This document shows positions 1 to 12,849 of a stretch of DNA of 63,978 nucleotides, one piece after another; position 1 is the first letter of the stretch, and every line of letters begins with the position of its first letter. This DNA comes from Octopus bimaculoides (lineage: Eukaryota): positions 39,056,640-39,120,617 of the forward strand of contig NC_068989.1 of assembly GCF_001194135.2 (NCBI RefSeq). Direction: 5' to 3'. A program made the translations under genes and the position numbers. The notes under the pieces were generated by a model. The model was not told the origin of the DNA. It worked only from the letters and a program-made list of their open reading frames with translations, and ran no database searches.

Positions 1-262
1 TATCATAGTAGGTGCCTTAGGTATAATAAAAAATATTCAGACAAATACATAACAAAAACACCAGGACTTACAAATATATATAACATACAGAAAATTGCAC
101 TACTGGGTACTGCACACATTCTACGCAAAACACTTTCAATACAGTAAACATAAGAGCACCACAGCAAACCACAGCACATACCCAAGGCGCACAGAGCTGC
201 GCTCGGTAGTGAAGTGAAAGCACGTTATAAAAATAAAACTACTGAATAATAATAATAATAAT
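1..262 (+). mobile_element. 3' end of an R4/Dong-like non-LTR retrotransposon (RLE endonuclease C-terminus, 3' UTR, (TAA)n tail)
   Basis: Translates as IIVGALGII(K)KYSDKYITKTPGLTNIYNIQKIALLGTAHILRKTLSIQ* (stop 145-147, one frameshift in the A-run at 28-33). This matches the PIVxGALG...LQKxxLLGTAxILR end of RLE-type LINE ORFs. A TAA repeat follows at ~247-261. Confidence 0.8.
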
Positions 263-1897
263 TAGTTTATTTGCTAAAGTACACTAATTGATGAACATTA
301 CATGAATAGAACATAAAATCACAATCAGTATGTTACAGTAAAGAAAGCATAAGTATATCTCAAAATAGGGGAACTCTATAGGTACACTGATGCACCTCAT
401 ATGTCTCTCGCTGATTTCTTCATAAAGATAATTGCCTTCTCCTTGATGTTTGTCTACAATTGAAAATTTAGTTGTAAATTGGGTGTTAGCATACTTTATG
501 AAAGCTATGACATTAAAATTTATTATAATTATTCACATAATGATAAGAATAATATTTTTTTATGTAAATTACTAATTCTGATTAAAAAATCTCCTGAAAT
601 TTGAATTAAGAAAAATTAATAAGAAGAAATGAAACAAATGCGTGTGTGTGTGTGTGTGTAAATTTCATATTAAAAGCAGCTCTAGTAATGTAAACATTAT
701 TGATCACACATAAACAGCGCATGTGTTTTGTTAATATGCCGAATTTGCAGTGGAATACCATCAGGGATAGCTCTATATAATGCATAGTGCTAAAGAGCAC
801 CTGAATGTAATGTCATAGACTAAGCAAGACAATTCGCCCTGGATTAAATCCAAGAATGATAGACACTGTTATTTCACCATTATTGTGACTTATCAATACC
901 ATACACTTGGATCAAATCAAAATGAATTGAATCTATATTGAATGTATACATATAAATATGATCTTTTAACAGGAATAGTATTGAAGGTGATGGTAACTTC
1001 AATGTTTCTGCCTATTGTTTGTATTATAATTCAGCATAAAAACAAACGTTTGATTTGGCTCCATGCAACTTAAAGTTTTGGGTCCTTTAACAGAAACTCA
1101 TCTCTTTCAGGCTTAGTTTACTGAATATATAATATATGTGTGTGTGTGAGTGTGTGTTTGTAATATAATATAATTTAATATAATATAAATTTTATAGATA
1201 TAGCATATGATGTTTGTATTTAAATATAAAACTATATCAAAAGTGCATAGAGAGAATTTCAGCCTTTACTAAGATGTCTCTAGTATGCTCTGCTGTTTAA
1301 ATCATAGCATTAGCAGAACATGTAACAAGATGCCTCCCATTTCTTGATAACTATCAGTTGAAATATTTATCAAAGTTTATCATAATACTCAAACCAAAAG
1401 TCTTCTGAAAGTGTCCGCATTGTGTATCATCATTGAATTCTCAAGACACTCTAAATCATCATTGTTCCTGGTTTCCAAAACAGTTCCATAGGATGTGAAG
1501 ATTATTTCTCTGGTGAATTTCAATTGTTCCTGATTAAGGCACTAAGACAGCAATGTATTGACTCCAGAGAAATGCAAAGCAGTTTGAATATGTTGTAAAC
1601 AACTGGCATTTTCTCTGATGCTCTAACAATTCTGCCAATACACTCTATTGACCTTCTGGGTTGTAACAACAACACAAATATCAGTACAATCTATGATCAA
1701 TTATCTCTATGGATTGCTAATGTGTTCCACCTGATCAGTAGTTGGTGATGATACTGGATGAAGTGTGCTGAGGTTGATGATGATAATGTTTATGAATATG
1801 AACACCATCATCACCACCACCACTACTACTACAGCTAGTAATTTTTTATTCTTATGTATGTATGTTAATTTAAAATTGTCTTTCTATATCATTACAG

Positions 1898-2011
1898 TGG
1901 TTTGGAAATTTGGTTACTTTAAAATGGTGGGATGATCTTTGGCTGAATGAAGGATTTGCCACTTTTATGCAGTGGATTGGAGTAAAAGCTGTTGAACCAG
2001 ATTTTGACACT
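1898..2011 (+). CDS. Internal coding exon of an M1-family zinc aminopeptidase (APN/ENPEP/ERAP/LNPEP-like), carrying the third zinc ligand Glu
   Basis: Acceptor attacag (1891-1897) and donor gtaagt (2012). The 114 bp read WFGNLVTLKWWDDLWLNEGFATFMQWIGVKAVEPDFDT, the segment directly after HEXXH (HEXXH-x18-E) in M1 aminopeptidases. Phase 0/0. The orthologue cannot be resolved from two exons. Confidence 0.97.
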
Positions 2012-2782
2012 GTAAGTATATTCTTGTTGTTGCTTTTGTTACAATTATTTAAATGAGACAGTGTGTCAGAAATTAAGAGTGAGTCAAGCTTAAATTTCTT
2101 TTAGTATCTAGTTACATCTTTTGCTGTTTTAATAGTTTCTCTCATTCCAATGAGTGAAAGCAATGAATAAAAGAATTAAAAGAATAACTCCAAATAAGAG
2201 GTAATGCTGAAAATGATAACATAGCCATCCTACATCAGTAGAGAAAATGGATGTAAGACAATGAATATAATGACAATAAATTCTGGAAGAGAGATGTAGC
2301 TGACCATGATTTTGGCAGCAAAATTTTTTTTCAATTCCTTTTCACTGCCTTTGTCCATTTAGCAACAAATAGACTACATGGCAATGCTCACTGCTGGAAA
2401 CAGAGAATACACACTAATTTATTGAAAATGTCAAGAAAAAGGAACAATTTACAGTTTCTGGTTCGATACCTGATTTTATTGATCCCAGACATTTCTCTTA
2501 AGTAATGGTCAAACGTCAGTTTAATGACAAAATTCAATATTTTACTAAATTCTTCAGAGTTTTTAAAAATTATTTTCATTAATTGAAACATCAGTACGAT
2601 TATTTTCACCTTTACTCAGAATGTGCAGGGTATTTATCATTTAAGAGATAAAATCAGGTTGAAATGCTGTCTGTTGATCTACTGATGTTTTGAACAAAGC
2701 ACTGTGTTTTAAACATACAAGTCTCTTTGAGAAGTTTTTTCTGAGACAAAACATAACAGCTAGTGCTGTGCCATATTTTATT

Positions 2783-3032
2783 CTTTTATTCTTTCAGTCA
2801 TTTGACTGCAGCCATGCTGGAGCACTGTCTTGAAGGGGTTTTAGTTAAACAAATGAACTGCAGGACTTAATTTCTTAAGCCTAGTGCTTTTTCTATCATT
2901 TCTTTTGCTGAACCACTAAGTTACAGGGACATAAACGCACCAACACTGGTTGTCAAACAGTGATGGGGTACAAACACAAACATAAAGACACACAGAGATA
3001 GATATATATGTGTTTGTGTGTGTGTGTGTATG

Positions 3033-3097
<65 letters not shown>

Positions 3098-3226
3098 TAG
3101 GGTTCCACTCACAAAGGTTTGGTTAGCCCAAGGCTATAGTAGAAGATACTTCCCTAAGGTGCCACACAGTGGGGCTGAACCCAGAACCATGTGGTTGGGA
3201 AGCAAGCTCCTTACCACATAGCCATG
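2783..3226 (-). mobile_element. tRNA-derived SINE, family A (internal microsatellite), antisense
   Basis: Homologous to the sense copy at 30616-31075, with an internal (TG)n and a tRNA-like head at ~3165-3226 on the minus strand. Confidence 0.85.
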
Positions 3227-3812
3227 CCTGTATACACATTTTAAATATTACACCAATATTTTAACCTAATAAAACATATGGAAATTGTTTCATTGGAAAT
3301 ATGGTCACAAAAGTGTTAAGTGAGCTTCTCAAAAAATACAACAGAACACTTGTGCTGGGTTTCAGCTTAAAGTATTTCAGCTTATAAGCAAATACCATAA
3401 CCAGTCAGGTTTGTTCACATCACCTTGTAATTATATTTCACTCTCATTTTAACTGTGAGTGAAAGTGCTCATGTTGGAGCGCTGCTTTGAATGATTTTAG
3501 TCAATTTTTTCAACCCCATTATTTGTTTGGCATTTATTTCATCGATCTTTATTTATTAAATGATTAAATCTGCCTGAAAGCTGAAATGCAGCGTACTGTA
3601 TACAATATATTTCTGTTCAATCCACCAATATAGTGGTTATTATAAGATGGAATGTTCATAGTAGAAAAAACTTTGATAGTATGCCTGCTGGATCTGGGCT
3701 GACCTGAAGGCTGAGCAACAACATCAACACCAACAAAAAAACGTCACCATCATCAAAAACAGCAACATCTTTGAACATTAATCTCATAATTTTAATCCAT
3801 TATTCATGAAGC

Positions 3813-5100
3813 CTTGATTTCATTCTCTGCTTGTTCAAGTTTGGTTTGTTGGTTCTCTAAAGATGTTTGCCAATTGTAGTCTCTTTCATTGCAGTACTAC
3901 TGACTACATCATTCCCAACGTGGAATAGGTTCCTATGGCAAAAGGAAAGAAAGAATATCTCTCTCATTGTGTTTATAATAGATTATGGTGGGTTCCTGGC
4001 AATCCCCAGCAGTGAGCTGTGTATTGCTACATAATTTATATGTTGCTAAATGGATAAAGTTAGAGAGGATATATATTATGCTGTAAAAAACATGGTCAGC
4101 TACAACTGTCTTCCAAAGTTTAAGATACCTCTACTACTAACCACCACCACTAATCACTAAAATTAACCACCATCACCAACACTAATCACTATCACCACAA
4201 CTAACCAGCACTACCACTACCTGCTACCATCACTAACCACCACCACCTATCACCACTAATGAATGCCACCACTATCCCCTACCACAACCACCATTTCCAC
4301 TACCACCACCACTACTAACCTTCACCACCCACAAGAACAACCACAAACACTATCAACCACCAGCAGCACTACCACTATTGTCATTGTCATCATTTTACAT
4401 GCTGCTTTCCATGTTTACATAGGTTGGACTAGCAAGTTGTCATGAGTAAATTTATCTCTTATTTGGAGTTACTTTCCTACTTAATAAATCACAGCATCAT
4501 GTTTCATGTGAATACTATTTTGACTTGATTCTATGGTTGGATGACATTCTCATCTCCAACCACTTTACAGACTGTACTAGGTGCATTTTATCATGGCACC
4601 AGCATTAAAGAATTTGTCACATCCTCAAAAAGTCAAAACTAATGCTCCTCTTGACACTACATTGTCTTCAATCATTCAACAGCCACTAGACATGTTGTGC
4701 TGAGGGCGTTTTATCATGGTACCAGTACTAGTACCAAGACCCTATACTCTATGAAAGAAAGGAAGGCTTAATAATTCTATATTGTCTCCTTTATAAAGAG
4801 CAATGTGATTAATTGAGTGAGTAGAAGAGACATAGATTGTGGACATAAAACTAAGATGAAAGTGAGAGAGAGAGGAGAAAACAGATGCTTGGGGTGACAA
4901 ATGGAAGAGGAGAGCGGAAAGAGGAACAGATTACAAGAAGTAGAAACAGTATTAGTAATAAACTAGCCTTGTTTATGTGTGTTAGATTTAGCTGTACAAG
5001 TTCACATCTGCATTGATACAGGGGTGGAGAATGAGATGAGAATTAAACCTGAGAAGTGTATATTTAAGAGGAACAATAATTAAACCTAAGAAATGTATGT
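3813..5100. repeat. Copy A of a ~1.25-1.3 kb local direct duplication (copy B at 5706-6941)
   Basis: Collinear with 5706-6941 from cttgatttcattctc to ...gtatgt. Flanking parts are ~90% identical by eye, and 3963-4150 is identical to 5856-6045. Confidence 0.95.
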
Positions 5101-5430
5101 ATAAGAGCAATAATTTTATCAAAGCTTTGTTTCAGATATTTCTCTATTAGAAATTACAGAACATATAATTAGAATGTCATATATTCTTTGATTAAATGTT
5201 AGAGTCTATGATAAAGCAAATTGATTATACTGTACTTATTAGTTTATATCTGAAGAGAATTGAGAAACTGCTGTAATTTGTATCAAAGTGAAGGAAGTGA
5301 TTCAACAGACTCTGGCTCAACACCTCATATGGTTGATACAAGATATTTCTTTAAGGGCAATTTTTCTCCCATTTTCCAGGGTAGGTAATGAAGTAAAAAG
5401 GAGTCATATATATATATATATATATATACA

Positions 5431-5556
5431 CAGAGTAATTCAAAAGTCAACATACATAAGAACAATTTATTTTTTTTATAAGAAACAGTTTTTCTATTTA
5501 ACTGTTTCTTATAAAAAAAATAAATTTATCCTATGTATGTTGACTTTTGAATCACC

Positions 5557-5559
<3 letters not shown>
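5431..5559. mobile_element. Foldback MITE, Tc1/mariner-type termini, inserted in (TA)n
   Basis: 60-bp arms (about 55/60 complementary) around a 9-nt loop. Termini CAG(A/G)GT...ACCCTG, surrounded by TA dinucleotide repeat. Confidence 0.85.
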
Positions 5560-5615
<56 letters not shown>

Positions 5616-5617
5616 TA

Positions 5618-7016
5618 CAGGTCACAAAAGTGACAGGGGGTACTGACTCGCACTGCTTTTGCTAAGGATAAGAGTTAAACTAACTCAAAGCCACAAACGC
5701 ACTGTCTTGATTTCATTCTCTCCTTGTTTGAGTCTGATTTGTTGGTTCTCTAAAGATGTTTGCCAATTGTAGTCTCTTTCATTGCAGTACCACTGACTAC
5801 AACATTCCCAACATGGAATAGGTCCCTATGGCAAAAGGGAAAAGAGAATATCTTTCTCATTGTGTTTATAATAGATTATGGTGGGTTCCTGGCAATCCCC
5901 AGCAGTGAGCTGTGTATTGCTACATAATTTATATGTTGCTAAATGGATAAAGTTAGAGAGGATATATATTATGCTGTAAAAAACATGGTCAGCTACAACT
6001 GTCTTCCAAAGTTTAAGATACCTCTACTACTAACCACCACCACCACCACCACTAATCACCAAAATTAACCACCATCACCAACACTAATCACTATCACCAC
6101 AACTAACCAGCACTACCACTACCTGCTACCATCACTAACCACCACCACCTATCACCACTAATGAATGCCACCACCATTAACCATCACCACTATTTCCTAC
6201 CACAACCACCATTTCCACCACCACCACCACTACTAACCTTCACCACCCACAAGAACAACCACAAACACTATCAACCACCAGCACTACCACTATTGTCATT
6301 GTCATCATTTTACATGCTGCTTTCCATGTTTACATAGGTTGGACTCTTATTTGGAGTTACTGTCCTACTTAACAAGTCACAGCATCATGTTTCATGTGAA
6401 TACTATTTTGACTTGGATTCTATGGTTGGGTGCCATTCTCATCTCCATCCAATTTACAGACTGTACTAGGTGCAATTTATCATGGCACCAGCATCAGAGA
6501 AGTTGTCACATCCTCAAAAGGTCAAAACTAATGAGTTTCTTGACACTACATTGTCTCCAATCATTCAACAGCCAATAGACGATTCTGCTGAGGGCGTTTT
6601 ATCATGGCACCAGTACTAGTACCAAGGCCCTATACTCTTTCCTTTATAATTAGCAGTGTGATTGATAGAGTGAGTAGAAGAGACAGACGAAAGCCTGAAA
6701 GGAGTGAGAGAGAGGCGAGAACAGATGCTTGGGGTGACAATTGGAAGAGGAGAGGGGAAGGAGGAAGAAGTTACAAGAAGTAGAAACAGTATTGGTAATA
6801 AACTAGCCTTGTTATGTATGTTAGATTTAGCTGTACAAGTTCACATCTGCATTGATACAGGGGTGGAGAATGAGATGAGAATTAAACCTAAGAAGTGTTT
6901 ATTTAAGAGGAACAATATAATTAAACTTAAGAAGTGTATGTGGCTCTGAGTTAGTGTAACTTTTATCTTTAGCAAAAGTGGAGCTAGTCAGTACCCTCTG
7001 TCACTTTTGTGACCTG
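5618..7016. mobile_element. Non-autonomous TIR element with 78-bp TIRs and TA flanks, containing captured neighbouring DNA
   Basis: Left TIR 5618-5695 (CAGGTCACAAAAGTGACAGGGGGTAC...AAAGCCACA) and right TIR 6939-7016 match at 69/78 positions. TA at 5616-5617 and 7017-7018. The interior is the duplicate of 3813-5100. Confidence 0.85.
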
Positions 7017-7062
7017 TATTAATTTTGCCTTTAGGTTCTAATTGCTAGTATATATCTTTTAT

Positions 7063-7690
7063 CTTTTACTCGTTTCATTCATTAGATCATGGCCATGCTA
7101 GGGCACCACCTTGAAGAATTTCTAGTCAAATGAACCAACCCCCAGGACTTACTTTTGGTTTTGGCCTGGTGTTTATTCTATCAGTCTATTTTGCCAATCC
7201 GCTGAGTTATGGGGACATAAACATACCAACACCGATTGTCAAGCGGCGGTGGGGGACAAACAGTCTCACATAGATATCTATATATATGTATTTCATATTC
7301 ATCATTGTTTAACATCCATTTTCCATGCTGGCATGGGTTGGACAATTTGACAGGAGCTGCCTGGGCTCCATGTTTGTTTTGGCATGGTTCCTAATGCCAA
7401 CCACTTTACAGAGTATACTGGGTGTTTCTACCCAGTACCAGCATGGGTGCTTTTTACATGGCACCAGCACTCAAGAGCCCACAAGATTAGGAATGCTCAG
7501 CTGAAGAGGGATGTAGGGGACACACCTGTATGTGAGGACAACCCCAATTTTACTTTACTTGACATTTCTTCTCAAGCCCCACAAACTGCCAGGAGTCTTG
7601 GTCCCCTGTCCTCTGTGAGGCCCCATTTCACCACTTCATTCCACATCTTTCTGAGTCTACCCCTTCCACATTTAGAGATCAGCATTTCTT
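7063..7690 (-). mobile_element. SINE family A fragment followed by RTE-tail SINE/LINE 3' fragment
   Basis: 7063-7270 matches the family A 3' half. 7300-7690 matches the catgctggcatgggttggac / ccactttacagagt motifs and RTE 3' end seen at 20060-20600. Confidence 0.65.
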
Positions 7691-7694
7691 GATA

Positions 7695-8062
7695 NNNNNN
7701 NNNNNNNNNNNNNNNNNNNNNNNNNNNNNNNNNNNNNNNNNNNNNNNNNNNNNNNNNNNNNNNNNNNNNNNNNNNNNNNNNNNNNNNNNNNNNNNNNNNN
7801 NNNNNNNNNNNNNNNNNNNNNNNNNNNNNNNNNNNNNNNNNNNNNNNNNNNNNNNNNNNNNNNNNNNNNNNNNNNNNNNNNNNNNNNNNNNNNNNNNNNN
7901 NNNNNNNNNNNNNNNNNNNNNNNNNNNNNNNNNNNNNNNNNNNNNNNNNNNNNNNNNNNNNNNNNNNNNNNNNNNNNNNNNNNNNNNNNNNNNNNNNNNN
8001 NNNNNNNNNNNNNNNNNNNNNNNNNNNNNNNNNNNNNNNNNNNNNNNNNNNNNNNNNNNNNN
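7695..8062. other. Assembly gap (N run)
   Basis: 368 N, followed by (AT)n. Confidence 1.
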
Positions 8063-8084
8063 ATATATATATATATATATATAT

Positions 8085-8230
8085 CCAAAGGGGTGCTGTA
8101 AAGTTCCTAGCTTTAAGGGTATTGTGAAAGGCCTGCTTGGAGGCTCAACCTTCCAAGTTCTTTTATAGGGATTAGAAAAACTGAAGGACTGCTGTAATAA
8201 GTGTGTGAATCTGAGATATTTTCAAACAAG
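8085..8230 (+). mobile_element. Truncated mariner-derived MITE (same family as 18586-18806)
   Basis: GGGGTGCTGTAAAGTTCCTAGCTTT left end and an internal sequence homologous to 18591-18740. The right TIR is missing. Confidence 0.75.
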
Positions 8231-8484
8231 GGAGTCATAACTATTGACAAGCCTATGACTGATAGGTGGAACTAGTCTAATCTTGTGATCTTAGTGACAC
8301 TCATAGGACAGTTATCTCCCCTGTTATATGTTGCCTGCTTCTTCCAGCATCAGGAGTTTTTAATTCTTATTTCTTACAAAATAGGTGCTTTGCCACCATC
8401 AGTCACAATTGGTGATGATGAAAATTTTTCCTTTATCATATTATATTGTGCCTTTCTGTTTATATTAAATTTTATATATACGCC

Positions 8485-8690
8485 TACGCCTGACTGGCCT
8501 TCGTGCAGGTGACACGTAAAAGCACCTACTACACTCTCTGAGTGGTTGGCGTTAGGAAGGGCATCCAGCTGTAGAAACTCTGCCAAATTTAGATTGGAGC
8601 CTGGTGTTGCCATTCGGTTTCACCAGTCCTCAGTCAAGTCGTCCAACCCATGCTAGCATGGAAAGCGGACGTTAAACGATGATGATGATA
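8485..8690 (+). mobile_element. SINE family B (RTE-type 3' tail ending in (GAT)n), sense, relatively young
   Basis: Ends ...ccatgctagcatggaaagcggacgttaaacgatgatgatgat and retains CpGs. Antisense homologues lie at 33646-33808, 38185-38460 and 60890-61120. Confidence 0.85.
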
Positions 8691-8763
8691 TATATATATA
8701 TATATATACAAACACACACACACACACGCACACACACACACACACACATGCACACGCACATAC

Positions 8764-9120
8764 ACTTTTACTTGTTTCAGTCATTTGACTGCGGCCATGC
8801 TAGAGCACCGCCTTTATAGGCGAGAAAATCGACCGCAGAGCTTATTCTTTGTAAGCCTAGTACTTATTCTATTGGTCTCTTTTGCCGAACTGCTAAGTGA
8901 CGGGGACGTAAACACACCAGCATCGGTTGTCAAGGAATGCTGTGGGGGACAAACAGACACACAAACACACACATACATATATATATATATACATATACGA
9001 CAAGGTTCTTCTAGTTTTCATCTACCAAATCCACCCACAAGGCCCAAGGTGTCACGCAGTGGGACTGAACTCGGGACCATGTGGTTAGTAAGCAAGCTAC
9101 TTACCACACAGCCACTCCTA
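8764..9120 (-). mobile_element. SINE family A, antisense
   Basis: Homologous to 30616-31075, with a short internal deletion near 9040. Confidence 0.85.
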
Positions 9121-9797
9121 TACATATATATACTGTGTTATCTTCACTTAAGTTTAAGAAGTAAAGGATTATTATTATAATGAATGAGATCATTAAGATC
9201 ATTAATTATAGGTAATGAATGAGCCCATTAACATAATGAATTATAAATAATGATCAATTTAGAGAAGAAAACTTTCTGTCATTTTTTACCTCAATAGATA
9301 ATTCTGATCAACAATTTTATCAGCAAAGAATGTGTACAAGGCTCCTTGCCTACTATTCTCTCTGTAAAGTGGTTGGATAATGAGCAGAGAATGTATAGGA
9401 TTGTGATATCCCTTTAATCCTGAGAGACTCATTCAATGTCTTTTGTAATGGTGCTATGAGAAAATACATCCAGTACACTCTGTAAACTGGTTGGTGATAG
9501 GAAGGGCATTTAGCTTTTGAAATAGAGCCAAAATAACATGTTTGAGTACTTGTTTATGGGAGTCTTGGCTCCCAGTGCAAGGCAACTTGGACTGTGAGGA
9601 CCTGTCCAACCCATGCCAACATTGAAAATACTTGTAAAATGATGATGACGATTGTTGTTGTTGTTGTTATTTCCTGCTTTCATAAGTGTAGCAAGTGGGA
9701 GACGAGGTTGATAAAATAAGTACCAGTTGAACACTGGGGTCAATGTATTCAGCTAGTCCCCTTCCCCCAAATTTCAGGCCTTTTGCCTTTAGTAGAA

Positions 9798-9843
<46 letters not shown>

Positions 9844-10283
9844 GAAGCAATTATTCTCAAAGGACAAAGTAAAGATACCATTGGACATTCTGTGTTTAGT
9901 TACTACCAGGGTTATCTCTGATTTTTTATTATTCTAATAATGGTATATTTACATACCTGTCATATACTGATGAAATTCAATCAAATATTTTTCTCTCCAC
10001 ACATATACAAACTTGTTACATTGATCCAATCTAAAGGACCCTCAAGATAATAAGTCTCTCTTCTTATCTTTTTTGTAATAAAAACTGCTACAATCATTTA
10101 TCTTTCTTTTACTGATCACATTTTCTCAGTTGGAGACAAAGACATTTCCAGCTAGGTTTTTGTTTTGTTTACATTTATTTTATTTCTATATATTGTTTTT
10201 TTCTTGTATTTTTTGTTTTGTTAACTATTCCACAAAATTATCAAGTTGGACAAATAGAAATTTTTTTGCGTTTATAAACAGTA

Positions 10284-10342
<59 letters not shown>

Positions 10343-10543
10343 NNNNNNNNNNNNNNNNNNNNNNNNNNNNNNNNNNNNNNNNNNNNNNNNNNNNNNNNNN
10401 NNNNNNNNNNNNNNNNNNNNNNNNNNNNNNNNNNNNNNNNNNNNNNNNNNNNNNNNNNNNNNNNNNNNNNNNNNNNNNNNNNNNNNNNNNNNNNNNNNNN
10501 NNNNNNNNNNNNNNNNNNNNNNNNNNNNNNNNNNNNNNNNNNN
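10343..10543. other. Assembly gap between (TG)n and (GA)n microsatellites
   Basis: 201 N. Confidence 1.
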
Positions 10544-10588
<45 letters not shown>

Positions 10589-12849
10589 ATATTAACATTT
10601 TGAGTTAATATTCAGATATTGAAACTCAATGGTGATACTCAGTTTGTTTTCATTAGTAAAGATATAAATAAAAATTTGTGAGGAAATAAGAAAATTGTAT
10701 AAAGAAAATCAATTTTATAAATATGAATATGACACATTGACTATATATAGTCTAACATTATTATTTTCAATTAACTGAAATACACTGACTTTAGATTGTT
10801 AATAAATATTTATTTTTCCTTTTTATTGTATTTTTTTCCCTTATTGCACAAAACCATAACATATACGGTAGTTTTATTTCATGAAATCAATTTAAAATAG
10901 TTATTTTCACACTATATTGGAACTCGATATTGAAACAGTGGTTAGAAACGATTTTGTTTTTTTAGAAAACATATATCACAAGATTTCAGTCTGGTCAGAA
11001 TAATAACGGTTTTCAGTTAATATTTCGTAAAATATGATCAAAGAAATACAACTTTCACAAAACCTAGCACAGAATTTTTGCTATCCATTCCAAAGTTTCT
11101 TTATATTACGATAGATAAATTTAATAAATTAAGTGCCTTTACTCAGAACAAGATTTAACAAAATCCTCTAACAAACTCAGTTCGAATTTCAAATACTGTT
11201 CCTGGAATCAGACAGACTCCAATATACAGATATATAATATTCTTGCTCTGTAAGAGAAACCAATACATTTCAGTTTCAAAATGGTGGCACTTAAAAGAAT
11301 AAAAATTGATGTACTTACAAAAAATATATCAAACTCTATTTTTGTCTAGCTATAAGTTATTTTCATTGTGATTTCATATGGATCCAATTATAAACAAAGA
11401 GTAAACGTCATTTTCAATATATCTGTAATAAGTGTAATTTGTAAGACATTCCAGATTTAAGTGGGTATTGTTTTCATTTATTTACTTCAATGAATGGTTG
11501 GCATTTCTGTTATTTATTTCCATGCTGGCAATGTGCTATTTACCTACAAATCACCAATTCAGAGTCTGCTAAATTTACTGCACTTATATTTATATGTCAA
11601 GTGTTTTATTGGACTTGTAAAATGAACAACCATGGTGACGATGGTAATGTTGATGACAAAGACAACAATGATTTTGATGATGATAAAGACGGTAGTGGTG
11701 ATGATGATGATGATTAAACTTCCACATTAGTATTGTTTTAAGTATGAATTATCTTGTTAGATATATTTTACAGGATTGGAAATTAAGAAGGTAAGAAGGC
11801 CATTATATGAAAGGCAAAATGTTCCCCCGGAAAAGCAGCTCCTCTATATCAGATAACTTTTTCCCTGGTAATCTGGTAACTTCCTACTGATAGCTTAGTG
11901 AATTGAAATAAAAGTGAATGAATCAACTCTTTTACTGTGACTGTCCTTTGTTCTTTGACACGAAACTAACCCATTTAAAGTGTTTTCTGTTTAAATGAAA
12001 GCCTTGTATCATAATTTTATGTAAGAACATTTTTCGTAAGTAATATTCAAAACATCAGATTAATAATGACAAAATTAGTTCTTTTACTTGATTCTTCATA
12101 ACTTTTGATTATTTTTAGTATCAGTTGCAATTCAATAGGAATGCATTTCATGATAAATATGGTTATGAAAGAGTTCAGTGAACTTCTCAAAGACAAAACA
12201 AAACAGCTGCTCTGGGTTTCAGCTTAAAACATTTCTGCTTATAGTCAAGTATGCTAACCAACCAGCTTAATTCACATCAGCCTTTAATTATATTTCTCAT
12301 TTGCTTTCACTTCATATCATAACATAAACAATGAGGAAGCCTCTATTGGGCTGCTCAAGTTGCTAGAAATAACAGCCAAATCCTTTTCAAATCACACCTT
12401 GCTGCCTTAAATAAGAAAGGACATATAGATACTTCTAAACAGGCAAGATGTTCATAATCAAAATGCTTATGATCATACAACTGTTTAACCAGGGTTGACC
12501 TAGGGCTAACAAGTAACTACATGTTAATGAAATTGCATCAGCTTTCATCACTCCTATTTGCAGCTTGAAACAATATTCTATCAAAGTCTAGATGCAACCT
12601 CCAAAATGCTGTTTTAATGTGAATTGCAGACAAGCATAGAAAGGGTTTTGTATATGTGGGGTGGAGAGATGGTTTTGGTGCTCTCTCTTAATAGTCATGG
12701 CAGTGGAAATTTGGTGTACCTTTACAGTTCTCCTAGCTTACCACCTGAAATAGTTTTGGACTCTCCCATCGAAGATGGTATATGAGTGTTCAGCTTTTGC
12801 TGAATGACCTGCACAAACGATTTGTTTATAGTAATCAAACATAGGTAGA

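Noticed and set aside
1300-1700. Possible decayed retroelement coding sequence on the minus strand (similar suspicion at 59100-59520)
   Set aside because: No diagnostic motif could be recovered in any frame.
1745-1772. GTGATGA...CTGA as a C/D box snoRNA
   Set aside because: The boxes are only about 16 nt apart, there is no terminal stem, and they lie in a GAT-rich low-complexity tract.
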